Assembly: GCA_963666315.2 (NCBI GenBank)
Contig: CAXXHG010000005.1
Span: 36,287-100,286, forward strand
DNA length: 64,000 bases
DNA from: Candidatus Binatia bacterium
Lineage (GTDB): Bacteria > Desulfobacterota > Binatia > Bin18
Reading direction: 5' to 3'
In this document: positions 9,311-19,826 of the stretch, in pieces
Layout: the number at the start of each line of letters is the position of its first letter
Position numbering within the stretch: the stretch's first letter is position 1
Program-made: the position numbers and the translations under genes
Notes under the pieces: model-generated
Database searches by the model: none
Told to the model about the DNA's origin: nothing
The model's input: only the letters and a program-made list of their open reading frames with translations

Positions 9311-12300
9311 ATGGATTTTCTGGAAGTTGTCAAGCAGGCGCGTGCCGCGCTACAGAGCGAGCGCCGGATTACCTACCGCGTGCTCAAACGGCAATTTGCG
9401 CTCGATGACGAGTCGTTGGAGGACCTGAAAGAGCAACTCATCGAGGCTGAAGAGCTCGCCATCGACAAAGACGGCAAAATGCTGGTCTGGGTCGGAGGCA
9501 GGGACCAACCGAATGACCAGCCGGCAGCCACCACGGCGAAGCCAGTTTCCCGCAAAGCGAAGTCTCCAAACCGAGAGGGCACTAAAGCTCGGAAATCGCC
9601 GGTCAGCAAACGCGGCAGCCGTTCGGCCAAACAGAGCACGCCGGCGAGTTACACTCCCCCTCACCTGGCCGAACGCATCCTGGCTGAACAATCAGCTATG
9701 GAAGCTCGCGGTGTGACTGACGGCGAGCGAAAAACGATTACCGCGGTCTTTTCCGACCTCAAAGGCTCGACAGCTTTGATTGAAGGGCTCGACCCAGAGG
9801 AAGCCCGAGCCATTATTGACCCAGCGCTCCAACTCATGATGGACGCTGTTCATCGCTATGACGGCTATGTGGCACAAGCCTTAGGCGACGGCATCTTCGC
9901 GTTGTTTGGTGCACCTATCGCGCATGAAGACCATCCCCAGCGAGCACTGTATGCAGCGCTGCGGATGCAGGAGGAGATGCGGCGCTATGGAGACACGCTT
10001 CGCGAGCAGGGCCGTCCCCCGCTCCTTATGCGTGTGGGAATGAATACGGGGGAAGTGGTGGTGCGCTCTATTCGTAAGGATGACCTGCATGCCGACTATG
10101 TGCCGGTCGGTCATTGCACGAACCTGGCGGCTCGCATGGAGCAACTTGCCGCGCCTGGTTCGATTCTGGTTAGCGAGCAGACGCATCGCCTGACGGAGGG
10201 CTACTTTGAGTTTAAGGCACTGGGGAAAACCCAAGTCAAAGGAGTTGAAGAGCCGCTCAATGTATACGAGGTGGTAGGAGCAGGCCCACTCAGAACTCGC
10301 CTGCAAGTGTCTGCTCGGCGTGGTCTTAGCCGGTTTGTGGGTCGCCATACTGAGATGGACCAAATGCAGCGGGTGTTGGAGCAAGCCAAGGCGGGCCATG
10401 GGCAGATTGTGGGGGTAATGGGTGAGCCTGGCGTTGGCAAATCCCAGCTCTTTTATGAGTTCAAGCTCACCTCACAGAGTGGTTGTTTGGTGCTCGAAGC
10501 ATTTGCGGTTTCTCACGGTAAGGCATCGCCGTATCTACCAGTTATCGAACTGCTCAAAAATTACTTTCAGATTCAGCCGCAAGATGATGAACGGCAGCGC
10601 CGGGAGAGAGTGATAGGAAAGGTCCTGGGCCTGGACCGCAGCCTCGAAGACACCTTGCCGTATCTGTTCTCACTACTCGGCATCAGTGACCCTCAATCCA
10701 GCCTGCAGCAAATGGACGCGCAGATTCGCCGGCGACGGACATTTGAGTCCCTGAAGAAACTGTTCCTGCGAGAGAGCCTCAACCAGCCCCTCATTCTCAT
10801 CTTTGAGGATCTGCACTGGATAGACACTGAGACGCAAGGGTTTCTCGATACGCTGAGTGAGAGTGTGGCCTCAGCGAAACTGCTGCTGGTGGTGAACTAC
10901 CGGCCCGAGTATCGGCACGAGTGGGGAGGGAAGACGTATTACACGCAGCTTCGTCTCGCTCCCCTGGGCAAAGACGAGGCAGAAGAGCTGCTCACCTTTC
11001 TGCTTGGAAACGATGCGAGTCTCAAGGCGTTGAAGCAGCTCATCCTCGAAAAGACTGAAGGGACACCGTTCTTTATGGAAGAGGTGGTGCAGACGTTAGC
11101 TGAGGAAGGCACGCTCAGAGGAGAACGGGGGAGCTATCGGCTCGAAGGAACTCCGACTGAGCTTCGCATCTCGCCGACCGTGCAAGGCGTGCTAGCCGCC
11201 CGCATTGACCGGCTAGCGCCAAAAGAGAAAGAGTTCTTACATCAGTTAGCGGTAATTGGACGAGAGTTTCCCTTAAGCCTGGTCCGGCACGTTGTCTCAC
11301 AGCCTGAAGAGGAGTTGTATCGGTTGTTAGCTTCACTACAGAGCAAAGAGTTTCTCTATGAACAGCCAGCATTCCCTGAGGTGGAATATATATTCAAGCA
11401 TGCTCTGACCCAGGAAGTCGCCTACGGCACAGTGCTCCAGGAGCGGCGCAAGACGCTGCATGGGCGGACCGCGCAAGCCATAGAGGAACTCTATAGCTCC
11501 AGCTTGGACGACCACTACAGTGAGTTGGCTCATCACTATAGTCGCGGTGGAAACGCTGAGAAGGCAGTAAAGTACCTCCAGCTGGCGGGGCAACAGGCGG
11601 TGCAGCGCTCAGCCAATGTGGAAGCGATTAGTCACTTCACAACGGCTCTCGATTTACTCCAGGTCCTACCAGACACCCCTGAGCGCAGCCAGCAAGAACT
11701 CATGTTGCAAGTGGCCTTGGGAGCGCCCCTAATGGCCACCAAGGGCTTTGCGGCCCCGGAAGTAGAGAACGTCTACCTGCGGGCACGGGAGCTATGTGAG
11801 CAGGTGGGGGAAACCCCTGAGCTCTTCCCGGTGCTGTACGGGCTGCTTGCGTTTTATTTTGCACGGGCTGAGCACAAGAGGGCGCACGAGCTGGGAGAGC
11901 AAATGCTGCGCTTGGCCCAAAGCAGGCAAGACCCCGCTCTGCTGATGGTGGCTCATTTGGTGATGGGGGCCATCTTGTTCTTTCTAGGAGAGCTAACCCC
12001 TGCCCGCACCCACCTGGAGCAAGGGAGTGCTCTTTACGACTCCCCGCAGCACCACTCTTTGGCTTTCATCTATGGGTCTGTTGACCCTGGGGTAGACTGT
12101 CTGTGCAATACGACCACGGCCTTGTGGCATCTTGGCTATCCGGAGCAGGCTCTGAAGAGAAACCACGAGGCCCTGAGCCTGGCCCAAGAACTGTCTCACC
12201 CCTCTAGTCTGGCTTATGCCCTGGACTCCGCTGCCTGGCTCCATCAGTCTCGCCGGGAGGGGCAAGCAGTCCAAGAACGGGCCGAGGCAGCCATTGCCCT

Positions 12301-12703
12301 CTCGACCGAGCAGGGATTTCCATACTGGTTGGCGTGGGGGACAATGCTGCAGGGCTGGGGGCTGGCTGAGCAAGGCCAGGTCGAAGAGGGGATTGCCCAG
12401 ATACGTGAGGGACTGGCTGCCTGGCAGGCCACGGGATCGGAGGCATGGTGGCCATATTTTCTTGCCCTGCTGGCAGAGATGCATGGAAAAGGGGGGCAGG
12501 CCGAGGAAGGGCTGAGGGCAGTGGAGGAGGCATTGGCTTTTGTAGAGAGAACCGAGGAGCGTGTCTATGAGGCGGAGCTGCACCGGCTGAAGGGAGAGCT
12601 AACGCTTCAGTGCAATGTTCAGAGTCCGGAGTCTCGGGCCAAAGAAGCCGAAGAATGTTTCCAGAAATCCATTGACATTGCTCCTCAGGTGCTCATCTGC
12701 TAA
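9311..12703 (+). CDS. Adenylate/guanylate cyclase + AAA ATPase + TPR protein, C-terminally truncated
   Basis: FSDLKGST, GDGIFALFGAP, NLAARME, GEPGVGKS and FEDLHWID; ends abruptly at KSIDIAPQVLIC. Confidence 0.9.
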   Translation: MDFLEVVKQARAALQSERRITYRVLKRQFALDDESLEDLKEQLIEAEELAIDKDGKMLVWVGGRDQPNDQPAATTAKPVSRKAKSPNREGTKARKSPVSKRGSRSAKQSTPASYTPPHLAERILAEQSAMEARGVTDGERKTITAVFSDLKGSTALIEGLDPEEARAIIDPALQLMMDAVHRYDGYVAQALGDGIFALFGAPIAHEDHPQRALYAALRMQEEMRRYGDTLREQGRPPLLMRVGMNTGEVVVRSIRKDDLHADYVPVGHCTNLAARMEQLAAPGSILVSEQTHRLTEGYFEFKALGKTQVKGVEEPLNVYEVVGAGPLRTRLQVSARRGLSRFVGRHTEMDQMQRVLEQAKAGHGQIVGVMGEPGVGKSQLFYEFKLTSQSGCLVLEAFAVSHGKASPYLPVIELLKNYFQIQPQDDERQRRERVIGKVLGLDRSLEDTLPYLFSLLGISDPQSSLQQMDAQIRRRRTFESLKKLFLRESLNQPLILIFEDLHWIDTETQGFLDTLSESVASAKLLLVVNYRPEYRHEWGGKTYYTQLRLAPLGKDEAEELLTFLLGNDASLKALKQLILEKTEGTPFFMEEVVQTLAEEGTLRGERGSYRLEGTPTELRISPTVQGVLAARIDRLAPKEKEFLHQLAVIGREFPLSLVRHVVSQPEEELYRLLASLQSKEFLYEQPAFPEVEYIFKHALTQEVAYGTVLQERRKTLHGRTAQAIEELYSSSLDDHYSELAHHYSRGGNAEKAVKYLQLAGQQAVQRSANVEAISHFTTALDLLQVLPDTPERSQQELMLQVALGAPLMATKGFAAPEVENVYLRARELCEQVGETPELFPVLYGLLAFYFARAEHKRAHELGEQMLRLAQSRQDPALLMVAHLVMGAILFFLGELTPARTHLEQGSALYDSPQHHSLAFIYGSVDPGVDCLCNTTTALWHLGYPEQALKRNHEALSLAQELSHPSSLAYALDSAAWLHQSRREGQAVQERAEAAIALSTEQGFPYWLAWGTMLQGWGLAEQGQVEEGIAQIREGLAAWQATGSEAWWPYFLALLAEMHGKGGQAEEGLRAVEEALAFVERTEERVYEAELHRLKGELTLQCNVQSPESRAKEAEECFQKSIDIAPQVLIC

Positions 12704-12710
12704 TACTTTG

Positions 12711-12810
12711 AGACGGTGAAGGGATACACCACATATGCTTCACCTCTACGGACCTTGATGACGTTATACCCGAGCTAAAACGGAAAGGAATTCCTGTGAC
12801 CAGTGACCCG
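12711..12810 (+). pseudogene. VOC / methylmalonyl-CoA epimerase-like fragment
   Basis: Translates DGEGIHHICFTSTDLDDVIPELKRKGIPV. Confidence 0.6.
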
Positions 12811-12925
12811 CCACTTTCGGCCCCGGACTAACTTTGACAACGAGGAGCGGATTCACTGACTGTCAGATCAAGTCTTGATTTTACATTTTAAATGCCGGGG
12901 CGTGAACCGCGGCCAAGGAGGATCC

Positions 12926-13690
12926 ATGATGGCTGGAGCACTAGAAGGCAAAGTGGGCCTGATAACTGGGGCAAGCTCGGGTATCGGCCGGGCCACGGCG
13001 TTGGTCTTTGCGAGGGAGGGAGCGAAGGTGGCGGTCGCGGACATCGCCAGGGAAGGCGGCGAGCAGACCGTCCGTATGATCGAGGACCTCGGGGGGGAGG
13101 CCATATTCGTCAGGGCCGACGTTACGAAGGCATCGGAGGTCCAGGCGATGGTGGACAAGACCGTCCAGATCTACGGTCGGCTGGACTGCGCCTACAACAA
13201 CGCCGGAGTCGCGGGCATTGGGGTGTCCACGCACGAGCATACCGAAGAGGATTGGGACCGGACCCTGGTAGTCAACCTGAAAGGTGTCTGGCTATGCATG
13301 AAGTCTGAGATTCCACAGATGCTCAATCAAGGCAGTGGAGCTATCGTCAACACCGCGTCGATGCTGGGGGTGATAGGCATGGCCGGGGTGTCGGCATACG
13401 TTGCCAGTAAGCACGGGGTGGTAGGGCTGACCAAGGCTGCCGCGCTGGAATACGCTCGCAAGGGGATCAGGATCAACGCACTATGCCCGGGAGTTATCCG
13501 AACACCCTTGACCGAGAAGGACTGGAAGGAATTCCCCGAGAAGGAGGCGCCGCTCCTCGAAGGGGAGCCCATCGGCCGGTTCGGGGAGCCGGAGGAGATG
13601 GCCGAAGTAGTGATGTGGCTGTGCTCTGATGCGGCCTCCTTCGTCACCGGCCATGCCATGCTGGCGGACGGCGGCTACGTGGCTCAGTAG
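12926..13690 (+). CDS. SDR oxidoreductase (glucose 1-dehydrogenase-like)
   Basis: TGASSGIG, NNAG, YVASK; RBS AGGAGG. Confidence 0.95.
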   Translation: MMAGALEGKVGLITGASSGIGRATALVFAREGAKVAVADIAREGGEQTVRMIEDLGGEAIFVRADVTKASEVQAMVDKTVQIYGRLDCAYNNAGVAGIGVSTHEHTEEDWDRTLVVNLKGVWLCMKSEIPQMLNQGSGAIVNTASMLGVIGMAGVSAYVASKHGVVGLTKAAALEYARKGIRINALCPGVIRTPLTEKDWKEFPEKEAPLLEGEPIGRFGEPEEMAEVVMWLCSDAASFVTGHAMLADGGYVAQ

Positions 13691-13842
13691 GGCCTCGTCC
13701 TACAGGCGACGTCGTTTGGTAACTGGCCGGGACCACCCGCAAGCGGCGGCCACCCGCGCAGGCGAATAGTAGTGGAATGCTGAAATACCCCTTTGACTCG
13801 GGCCCGACTCCCTCCTTGACACGTAAGGGGGAAGAATTCATA

Positions 13843-13896
13843 TCTGAGGGACACCCTCAGACTCCCGGCAAAGGGGCGTCGCCCCTCTGCACTTCC
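13843..13896. repeat. REP-like double hairpin
   Basis: TCTGAGGG-ACA-CCCTCAGA plus AGGGGCG-T-CGCCCCT. Confidence 0.6.
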
Positions 13897-13913
13897 ATTT
13901 CCTCATCACATTG

Positions 13914-14190
13914 CTAGATACGGAATCGGTGCCAGTCCCGCTCGAAGCGCTCCTTGGCTCGAAACCCCTGCGCACTGGGCGGTTGAAACCTAACTTCCGG
14001 CTTCCTGCTGGCGAGAAACTAGCCGCCGACCGTCGCTGCCTGCCTTCCGCTGTAGGAGATAAAGCAGTAGCCGACCCCGGAGGATTCGTTTGGCTGGGTG
14101 TCGTTGATGGCGGCGGCGAGGTTCCGTCCCACGGTGTCACCTTCAGAGGTGGCGAAGACGCCCGCCTTGGGTATTCCGCGTCCGTCGGCC
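13914..14190 (-). pseudogene. Sulfide:quinone oxidoreductase-like C-terminal fragment
   Basis: IPKAGVFA..EG..V..NLAA...GVGYCFI, internal TAG, ends KERFERDWHRFRI. Confidence 0.6.
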
Positions 14191-14610
14191 ATGGTGCGTC
14201 CTCCGGCCGCTAGAGCAGAGTCGGTGATCGCCTGGGCAAGCGCCTCCTGGTAGCCCCAGGAGGTAGGCTCAGGCATATCCTCGGGCACGCACACCAGCGC
14301 GGCCTTGGAGGAAGGGCGACCCCAGCAGCAGCTCCTTTGCATCGGCGAAGCCGGTCCGGTTGCGGATGTGGTCGAAGCTCCCGTTGGCGCTAAGGGTCGC
14401 GCTGGTAAGTATCACCGACTGCTTCTGGGTGAACAGGTTCTTATCGAGGAGCTCACCCACGTGCAACGGAGCGGAGTGCAAGCTTGTGTCCCCGCTTCCA
14501 CTCGTATGTGTCGTCCAGTAGATTCCGTCCTCCCTGGGATGAGGGATGAATTCTGCGAGCTGCCGGCGCAGGTCTGAATTGAACTCAAGGGCGCCTCCGA
14601 TCTCAAGCAT
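14190..14610 (-). pseudogene. DinG-family helicase internal fragment
   Basis: SAPLHVGELL..LF..KQSVILTSATLS..GSFDH...LLGSPF, then (frameshift) VPEDMPEP...AAGGRT. Confidence 0.75.
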
Positions 14611-15024
14611 CAGACCTTAGTGACGCTCTCGCGCCGGCGGCGGTTGAAGCGAGAGCGTTCGAGGAACTGTGGGAACAGCGCCCGACAGTTTTTGCGCACA
14701 AAACCATACCACGCCTTCTCCGAGTCCATGCCCAACAACTCCCCGAGCAGGGCAATGGTGATCACCTCGCTATCCGAGAGGGTGGGAGGACAACCATTAC
14801 GCTGCCCCCGCTCGCGAATCGAGGCGGGCACGGCCTGCTGGTAGAGATCATCGACCAGGGTGTAGACGATGGTAAAAAGCATGTCCAAAGTGAGCCCCGC
14901 TGTGCTATGCTCTCCTTGCTCCGGCATGGCGCGTCCTCCTTTGCAAAAGGTGGCAGTTTGCACCACTATTGTAGAGGAAGAGACCAGCAGGAGCACTATT
15001 TTTTGACGTCACCGGTTCACTAGT
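14610..15024 (-). mobile_element. IS982-family transposase 5' remnant
   Basis: LSDSEVITIAL...SEKAW..F...LFP...RSRFNRRRR, truncated; probable element end near 15005-15024. Confidence 0.75.
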
Positions 15025-15035
15025 ATAACGCCTAC

Positions 15036-15064
15036 TTGACATATTTAAATATTACTTTTATGTG
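15036..15064 (+). promoter_or_regulatory. Candidate sigma70 promoter with overlapping palindrome
   Basis: TTGACA at 15036, palindrome ATATTTAAATAT at 15041-15052, weak -10. Confidence 0.4.
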
Positions 15065-15168
15065 GAGCGATATTCTCTGTCCGGTTACTGTCGGAACCCC
15101 GGTAACTCAAACGTTTGTATTGTTCTGTCGAGGGTTCTTTAACCTTATCGATGAAAGGAGGACGTACC

Positions 15169-15933
15169 ATGGCCAAGTTTGAGGACTACGTAAACAAGTA
15201 CAAGCATGTCCGAATGGAGCGGCGTAACGGGATTCTGCAGATCTCGTTCCACACCAACGGCGGGACCCTCAAGTGGAGCGCCGCTCCCCACGCGGAGTTC
15301 GGCGCGTGCTTTAACGATATCGGCAGCGATCCCGAAAATAAGGTCATTATCATGACCGGGACCGGTGAGAAGTTTAACGCAGAGTTCGATGAGGGTGGCT
15401 TTGGAGATATTTCGCCGCGCTTGTGGGACGTACAGCAAGTGCACGCGAAACGCCTCTTGATGAACCTGTTGGACATCGAGGTGCCGATGATTGCCGCCGT
15501 GAATGGCCCGGCAATCGTTCATGCCGAATTGCCGGTGATGTGTGACATCGTCCTGGCGGCTGAGCACGCGATATTTCAAGATGTGGTGCACTTTCCCAAC
15601 GGCATTGTCCCGGGTGATGGGGTCCATGTGGTGTGGCCGTTGGTGTTGGGTATCAACCGGGGGCGCTATTTTCTGCTTACCGGCCAGAAGCTCTCAGCCC
15701 AAGAAGCGCTCAACTTGGGGGTGGTCAACGAGGTGTTGCCGCGCGAGCAACTGCTGCCCCGTGCGTGGGAGCTGGCGGAGCAGTTGGCCAAACAGCCCCC
15801 GCTCACGCTACGCTATTCTCGGGTAGTGCTCACCCAGCAGCTCAAGCGTCTCATGCTCGATAACCTCGGATACGGGTTGGCGCTGGAGGGGCTGGGAGCA
15901 AACGATTACTGGCTAACCGGCAAGACTAAATAA
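15169..15933 (+). CDS. Crotonase-family protein, 6-oxocamphor hydrolase (CamK)-like
   Basis: IAAVNGPA..HAE...CDIVLA and FQD..HFPNGIVPGDGVH motifs. Confidence 0.85.
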   Translation: MAKFEDYVNKYKHVRMERRNGILQISFHTNGGTLKWSAAPHAEFGACFNDIGSDPENKVIIMTGTGEKFNAEFDEGGFGDISPRLWDVQQVHAKRLLMNLLDIEVPMIAAVNGPAIVHAELPVMCDIVLAAEHAIFQDVVHFPNGIVPGDGVHVVWPLVLGINRGRYFLLTGQKLSAQEALNLGVVNEVLPREQLLPRAWELAEQLAKQPPLTLRYSRVVLTQQLKRLMLDNLGYGLALEGLGANDYWLTGKTK

Positions 15934-16323
15934 GGGTGAGAGACCTGGGGGGGCAAGAGAACTCCATGCTCTTGGCCCCCCCCTCGGCTTCTTCCTCACG
16001 CCCCAGCTCGGCGTTGTGCCGAGATACGCGCAAGATTAGGACATAGGCCCCACACGCGGCCTCCTTCGCGTTCGTTTAGGGGTAAACTCCTGTTTTATTG
16101 ATCTCCTGAGCGAGAGCCGCATGATACTTGAACACGGGTACCAATCAATATATAGACCTGGCCGGCACTCTCATGCGGGGCCTTGTGCCAATTGTTCTGT
16201 CTTCATATCCTGTCCTATAAGAAACGATCAAGAGGACCGTTTCTCTTGTCAGGGGAAGGGGAAAAGGAGTAGAGATGAGGAAGTACCGCACAACCGCCTT
16301 TTGTTTATCAAGCGAGGTGACCT

Positions 16324-16551
16324 ATGCGTAGGCAGATGCTGGCGCTAGTGCTGCTCTTATTGGTTTCCCCAGCAGGATGCGCAGTTCCCCAAGGCCAGAG
16401 TCCTGGCCTCTCCCGGGATGAGGATGCGGAGTCCCAGAGGACACGTGTGTACCACCGGCCCCGTTGGGGGATGGTGTATCCTCATAACATCGGCGGGTCG
16501 GGCGTCGTGGGTATAGGAGGAATCGGTGGCGTGGGTGGGGTTTGCCGCTAA
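16324..16551 (+). CDS. Small hypothetical lipoprotein
   Basis: RBS GAGGTGA, hydrophobic leader ending PAGC, Gly-rich tail. Confidence 0.4.
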   Translation: MRRQMLALVLLLLVSPAGCAVPQGQSPGLSRDEDAESQRTRVYHRPRWGMVYPHNIGGSGVVGIGGIGGVGGVCR

Positions 16552-16588
16552 AGTATACTAGAGAGAGCAAAGATCATAAGGGGAAACT

Positions 16589-17005
16589 ATGAGCAGCCCA
16601 TCGTCCCAATTGCGCCATATTTGGAGCCCCCTTACCATTGGCAGCACGGTGGAAGCCGGTTTGTGTGATCCCGAAAGCCCGCTGGCCTTCTTAACCCAGG
16701 GGGACAAGCTTCTACTATCCCCGAAGCAGCCTACCGCTACTGCAGATATGAGCCTGGCGTACATGTAGTTTTGACTGGAACCGGAAACCCGGAGTATTTA
16801 AAAGCCAACGTAGGGTCGATTTTAAAGCCTCCGCTAGTTGAGGCGGATTTAGAGCGGCTTAGGAAAATCTTTAGCCAAGTGGACTCGGTTTCCGGGAATT
16901 AGTGGATGATCTTAGGGTAAAGTGATGTCTACCCATGAAATTGAAACGGCTCGGTTACGATTACGCCCGTTTTCGCCGGACGATGTGGAAGACCTTCACC
17001 ATCTA
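16589..17005 (+). pseudogene. Fused scraps: flavin oxidoreductase N-terminus, aldo/keto reductase C-terminus, GNAT N-terminus
   Basis: MSSPSSQLRHIWSPLTIGS; IPEAAYRYCRYEPGVHVVLTGTGNPEYLKANV; MSTHEIETARLRLRPFSPDDVEDLH. Confidence 0.6.
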
Positions 17006-17096
17006 AAGCCAGGATGACGTTCGAGAAGCGAGTATGCATTCATAGCTCGGATCTGATATTCTACACTATCTCGCGAGAAACTTTAAGGAGGGAGTC

Positions 17097-18329
17097 ATGA
17101 GCGTAAAGCCAATTATTCAGCTCTATCCGGTTATCCCGGCGCCGGGAAAGGAACGTGAAACCCTGCGTCCCATCGGACGCAACAGCGAGCGCTACCAGCA
17201 GGTTATTCGCGACTGGGCCAAGCTGGCTCAGGCCGCCGACCAGCTGGGTTACTGGGGCTTTAGCACCATCGAGCACCACTTCCACTCTGAGGGCTACGAG
17301 GTCGGCCCCAATCCCGGTGTGCTGAACGCCTGGTGGGCCGGGCTGACGAAAAACCTGCGCATGGGAGCCCTGGGCTATGTCATGAGCACTCAGGACCCGG
17401 TGCGGGTGGCCGAGGAGTGCGCCGTTCTCGATCACATCCTGGAAGGACGCTTCTTTGCCGGGTTCGCCCGCGGCTACCAATCCCGCTGGGCTAACATTCT
17501 GGGCCAGCACTACGATTCCAAAGCCACACTCTCGGATGGTTCTGGCGATGATGAGCGGAACCGTGAGATTTTTGAAGAACAAATGGACATTGTTCTGAAG
17601 TGCTGGACCGAGGACGCAGTGTCGTACAACGGCAAGTTTTTCAAGATCCCCTATCCGTATGAGACCGGGGTTGAGGGCTATCCGGCCTATGAGCTGACGC
17701 GCAAAAGCGGCGCCCATGATGAAATCGGACCGAACAATGAGGTGCGCAAAGTCAGTGTGGTCCCTGCGCCCTATCAGAAACCTCACCCTCCGGTGTTTGT
17801 TGCCACCAGCGCCAGCAAGGACTCAGCCATCTACTGTGGGAAGAAGGGGTTTGTGCCCTGTTACTTTGCGCCGATTGACAAGGCGGTGGAACACGGCCAG
17901 GCCTACTGGGAAGCGGCGCAAGCGGCCGGGTATAACATCCGCTACGGCGAGGGACAGGCCCTGGTGCGCTGGATCCACATCAACAATTCGTGGGAGGAGT
18001 ACCGGCAGTCGATCGCCAAGAACGACGTGGATATTTATGTGGACTTTTACTCCAAATTTTTCCCCAAGGCCTTTGACATCAGCAAGATTATGGCCGATCC
18101 CATACAGGCGGTGATCGACTGTGGCTTATATGTAGGGGGTACTGTCGAGGACGTGCGCCAGCAGCTCCAGAGCCAGCTCGACCGTTTCCCGGTGGAGTAC
18201 CTGGTGTTGATCTGGCACTGGGCTCAGCAGCCAACCCAGGATGTGCTGCGGGAGATGGAGGGCTTCGCCAAAGACGTGCTGCCCAGGCTTGATAACACGG
18301 GCGCGAGGGTGCAGGTAGCTTCAGCATAG
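17097..18329 (+). CDS. LLM-class flavin-dependent oxidoreductase
   Basis: EHHFHSEG, DPVRVAEE.AVLDH..EGRF..GFARGYQ, PAPYQKPHPPVF. Confidence 0.92.
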   Translation: MSVKPIIQLYPVIPAPGKERETLRPIGRNSERYQQVIRDWAKLAQAADQLGYWGFSTIEHHFHSEGYEVGPNPGVLNAWWAGLTKNLRMGALGYVMSTQDPVRVAEECAVLDHILEGRFFAGFARGYQSRWANILGQHYDSKATLSDGSGDDERNREIFEEQMDIVLKCWTEDAVSYNGKFFKIPYPYETGVEGYPAYELTRKSGAHDEIGPNNEVRKVSVVPAPYQKPHPPVFVATSASKDSAIYCGKKGFVPCYFAPIDKAVEHGQAYWEAAQAAGYNIRYGEGQALVRWIHINNSWEEYRQSIAKNDVDIYVDFYSKFFPKAFDISKIMADPIQAVIDCGLYVGGTVEDVRQQLQSQLDRFPVEYLVLIWHWAQQPTQDVLREMEGFAKDVLPRLDNTGARVQVASA

Positions 18330-18454
18330 GCTTCGGATGAGGCTAGGCTGAACAAGTAGAGGTGATTGGAGGTCAAACGAGAAAGTGACCCAATAACTCT
18401 ATAGGGGAAGCAAAAAAACTATGGGCTGGGGAACTACAGCTCGCGTAGCATCCT

Positions 18455-18650
18455 TATTGGCGGCTCTGCTGCTTTAACGGCCGCGCGAGAGATGGATGAG
18501 GGGTTTATTAACGATATGGCGGAAGCAGCCTATAATGCAGTGGTACAACCGACTTCTGAGCTGCACGCCGATGGCGAGTATAAGCAAGAGATGGCTCGGG
18601 TGTTCACTCGCCGGGCCCTCAGCACGGCGTTCGCGCGGGCGTCCCCCGGG
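18455..18650 (+). pseudogene. CoxM/XdhB FAD-subunit C-terminal fragment
   Basis: AEAA...VQPTSELHADGEYKQEMARVFTRRAL..A..RA. Confidence 0.6.
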
Positions 18651-18883
18651 AGCTAAGACGTTAGAGCAAGGCCAGCCCACAGAGTTTTGCCTCTCTCTCA
18701 CCCCGCCCACGCCTCTGAGGTTACACTGCAACGGTGGGCCCCTGAGCGCGACCCCGGTCATTCGCCATACTCCCCAGGGCAGGACACTGGCGGTGATCTT
18801 TGTCTGTCGCGCACACTCTGGCAGGGGCGCGAGGCCCGAGGGGTGTACGAATTCTCCGAGTGGAGAAGAGAATAGGTTTTTTC

Positions 18884-19300
18884 CTACTTCCTATCCCCGA
18901 CGAGATCGAAGTGGACTTTGCGGGTCTTGAAGAGCCAGCGGTTCCCCTGTTTGACCAGTTGGTCTTCGTAGCGTCCGGCCAGACCATTGACCAGGACGCC
19001 TTCGCCCTTTGAGCGGAGGTGCAGAAGGTTGCTTTTTGCGGTCGCCTCATTACCGTTCACCTTAATAATCTCATTCATCACGTAGTGCTTCACCATCGGC
19101 AGGCCGTTGGTCAGGGGGATGGTCTTGAGGAAGGTGCGCAGAGCCTCTTTCCCTTTGTGCACGCCGTCCTCCCCGGCATCAAGAGTGCAATCCTCGGTGA
19201 ACAGGTCCACCCACTTGTCGAACTCTCCCCCATCGAAGTAATAACAGTAATTAGCGATGGTTTCACGGATGGCGTCTTTCTCTTCTAATACGGATGCCAC
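18884..19300 (-). CDS. NTF2/SnoaL-like protein
   Basis: AIRETIANYC..FD.......LFTED and GRYED.LVK....WLFK.R; GTG start after GGAGG. Confidence 0.88.
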   Translation of the reverse strand: MASVLEEKDAIRETIANYCYYFDGGEFDKWVDLFTEDCTLDAGEDGVHKGKEALRTFLKTIPLTNGLPMVKHYVMNEIIKVNGNEATAKSNLLHLRSKGEGVLVNGLAGRYEDQLVKQGNRWLFKTRKVHFDLVGDRK

Positions 19301-19597
19301 AGTCAACCTCCTTGGCGGCGTAAAATGTACGCGATGTTGTGACCCTTGCCCGAATTATCGTAACGCTAAAAATCGCCAGCGATGCTGTGAACCCTTTGCC
19401 GCCTGAGCACACAGTCAAGAACTTTGCACTGTTCAGTAAAAAAGTATTTACATTTTTGTGATAACAAGTATGTTGTTGAAAATCAAACGTTTTCCCTAAA
19501 AATCCCTGGTGGCTTGAGGTATCTGGACAGCAGGAAGGTTTGTGCTGTCCTAATACGACTTTGTTGACTAACGGATAAAGCGGTGTATCCTGCCTTC

Positions 19598-19755
19598 TGT
19601 GGGTACCCGGTGGGGCTTAGGCCAACAAGGACTGATGGAGTGTTCGATATGCTGTTCTGTCATCAAACCATCACCCCAATTGATCTACAAAACCTTGCAT
19701 GAAACTGTTACCTATGTGTCCGGTACATTTGTCACCCTTGACTCCGGTCCGCACA
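19598..19755 (+). mobile_element. IS481-family 3' remnant next to a REP-like sequence
   Basis: GYPVGLRPT..DGVFD..FCHQ.I..IDL*, followed by TGTTACCTATGTGTCCGGTACATTTGTCACCCTTGACTCCGGTCCGCACA end repeats. Confidence 0.65.
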
Positions 19756-19826
19756 CGGGGCGAGGGGAAGGATTTTCTCTCCTCTTTGAGAGGAGAGGGC
19801 TAGGGTGAGGAGTTGTTCTAGTAACG

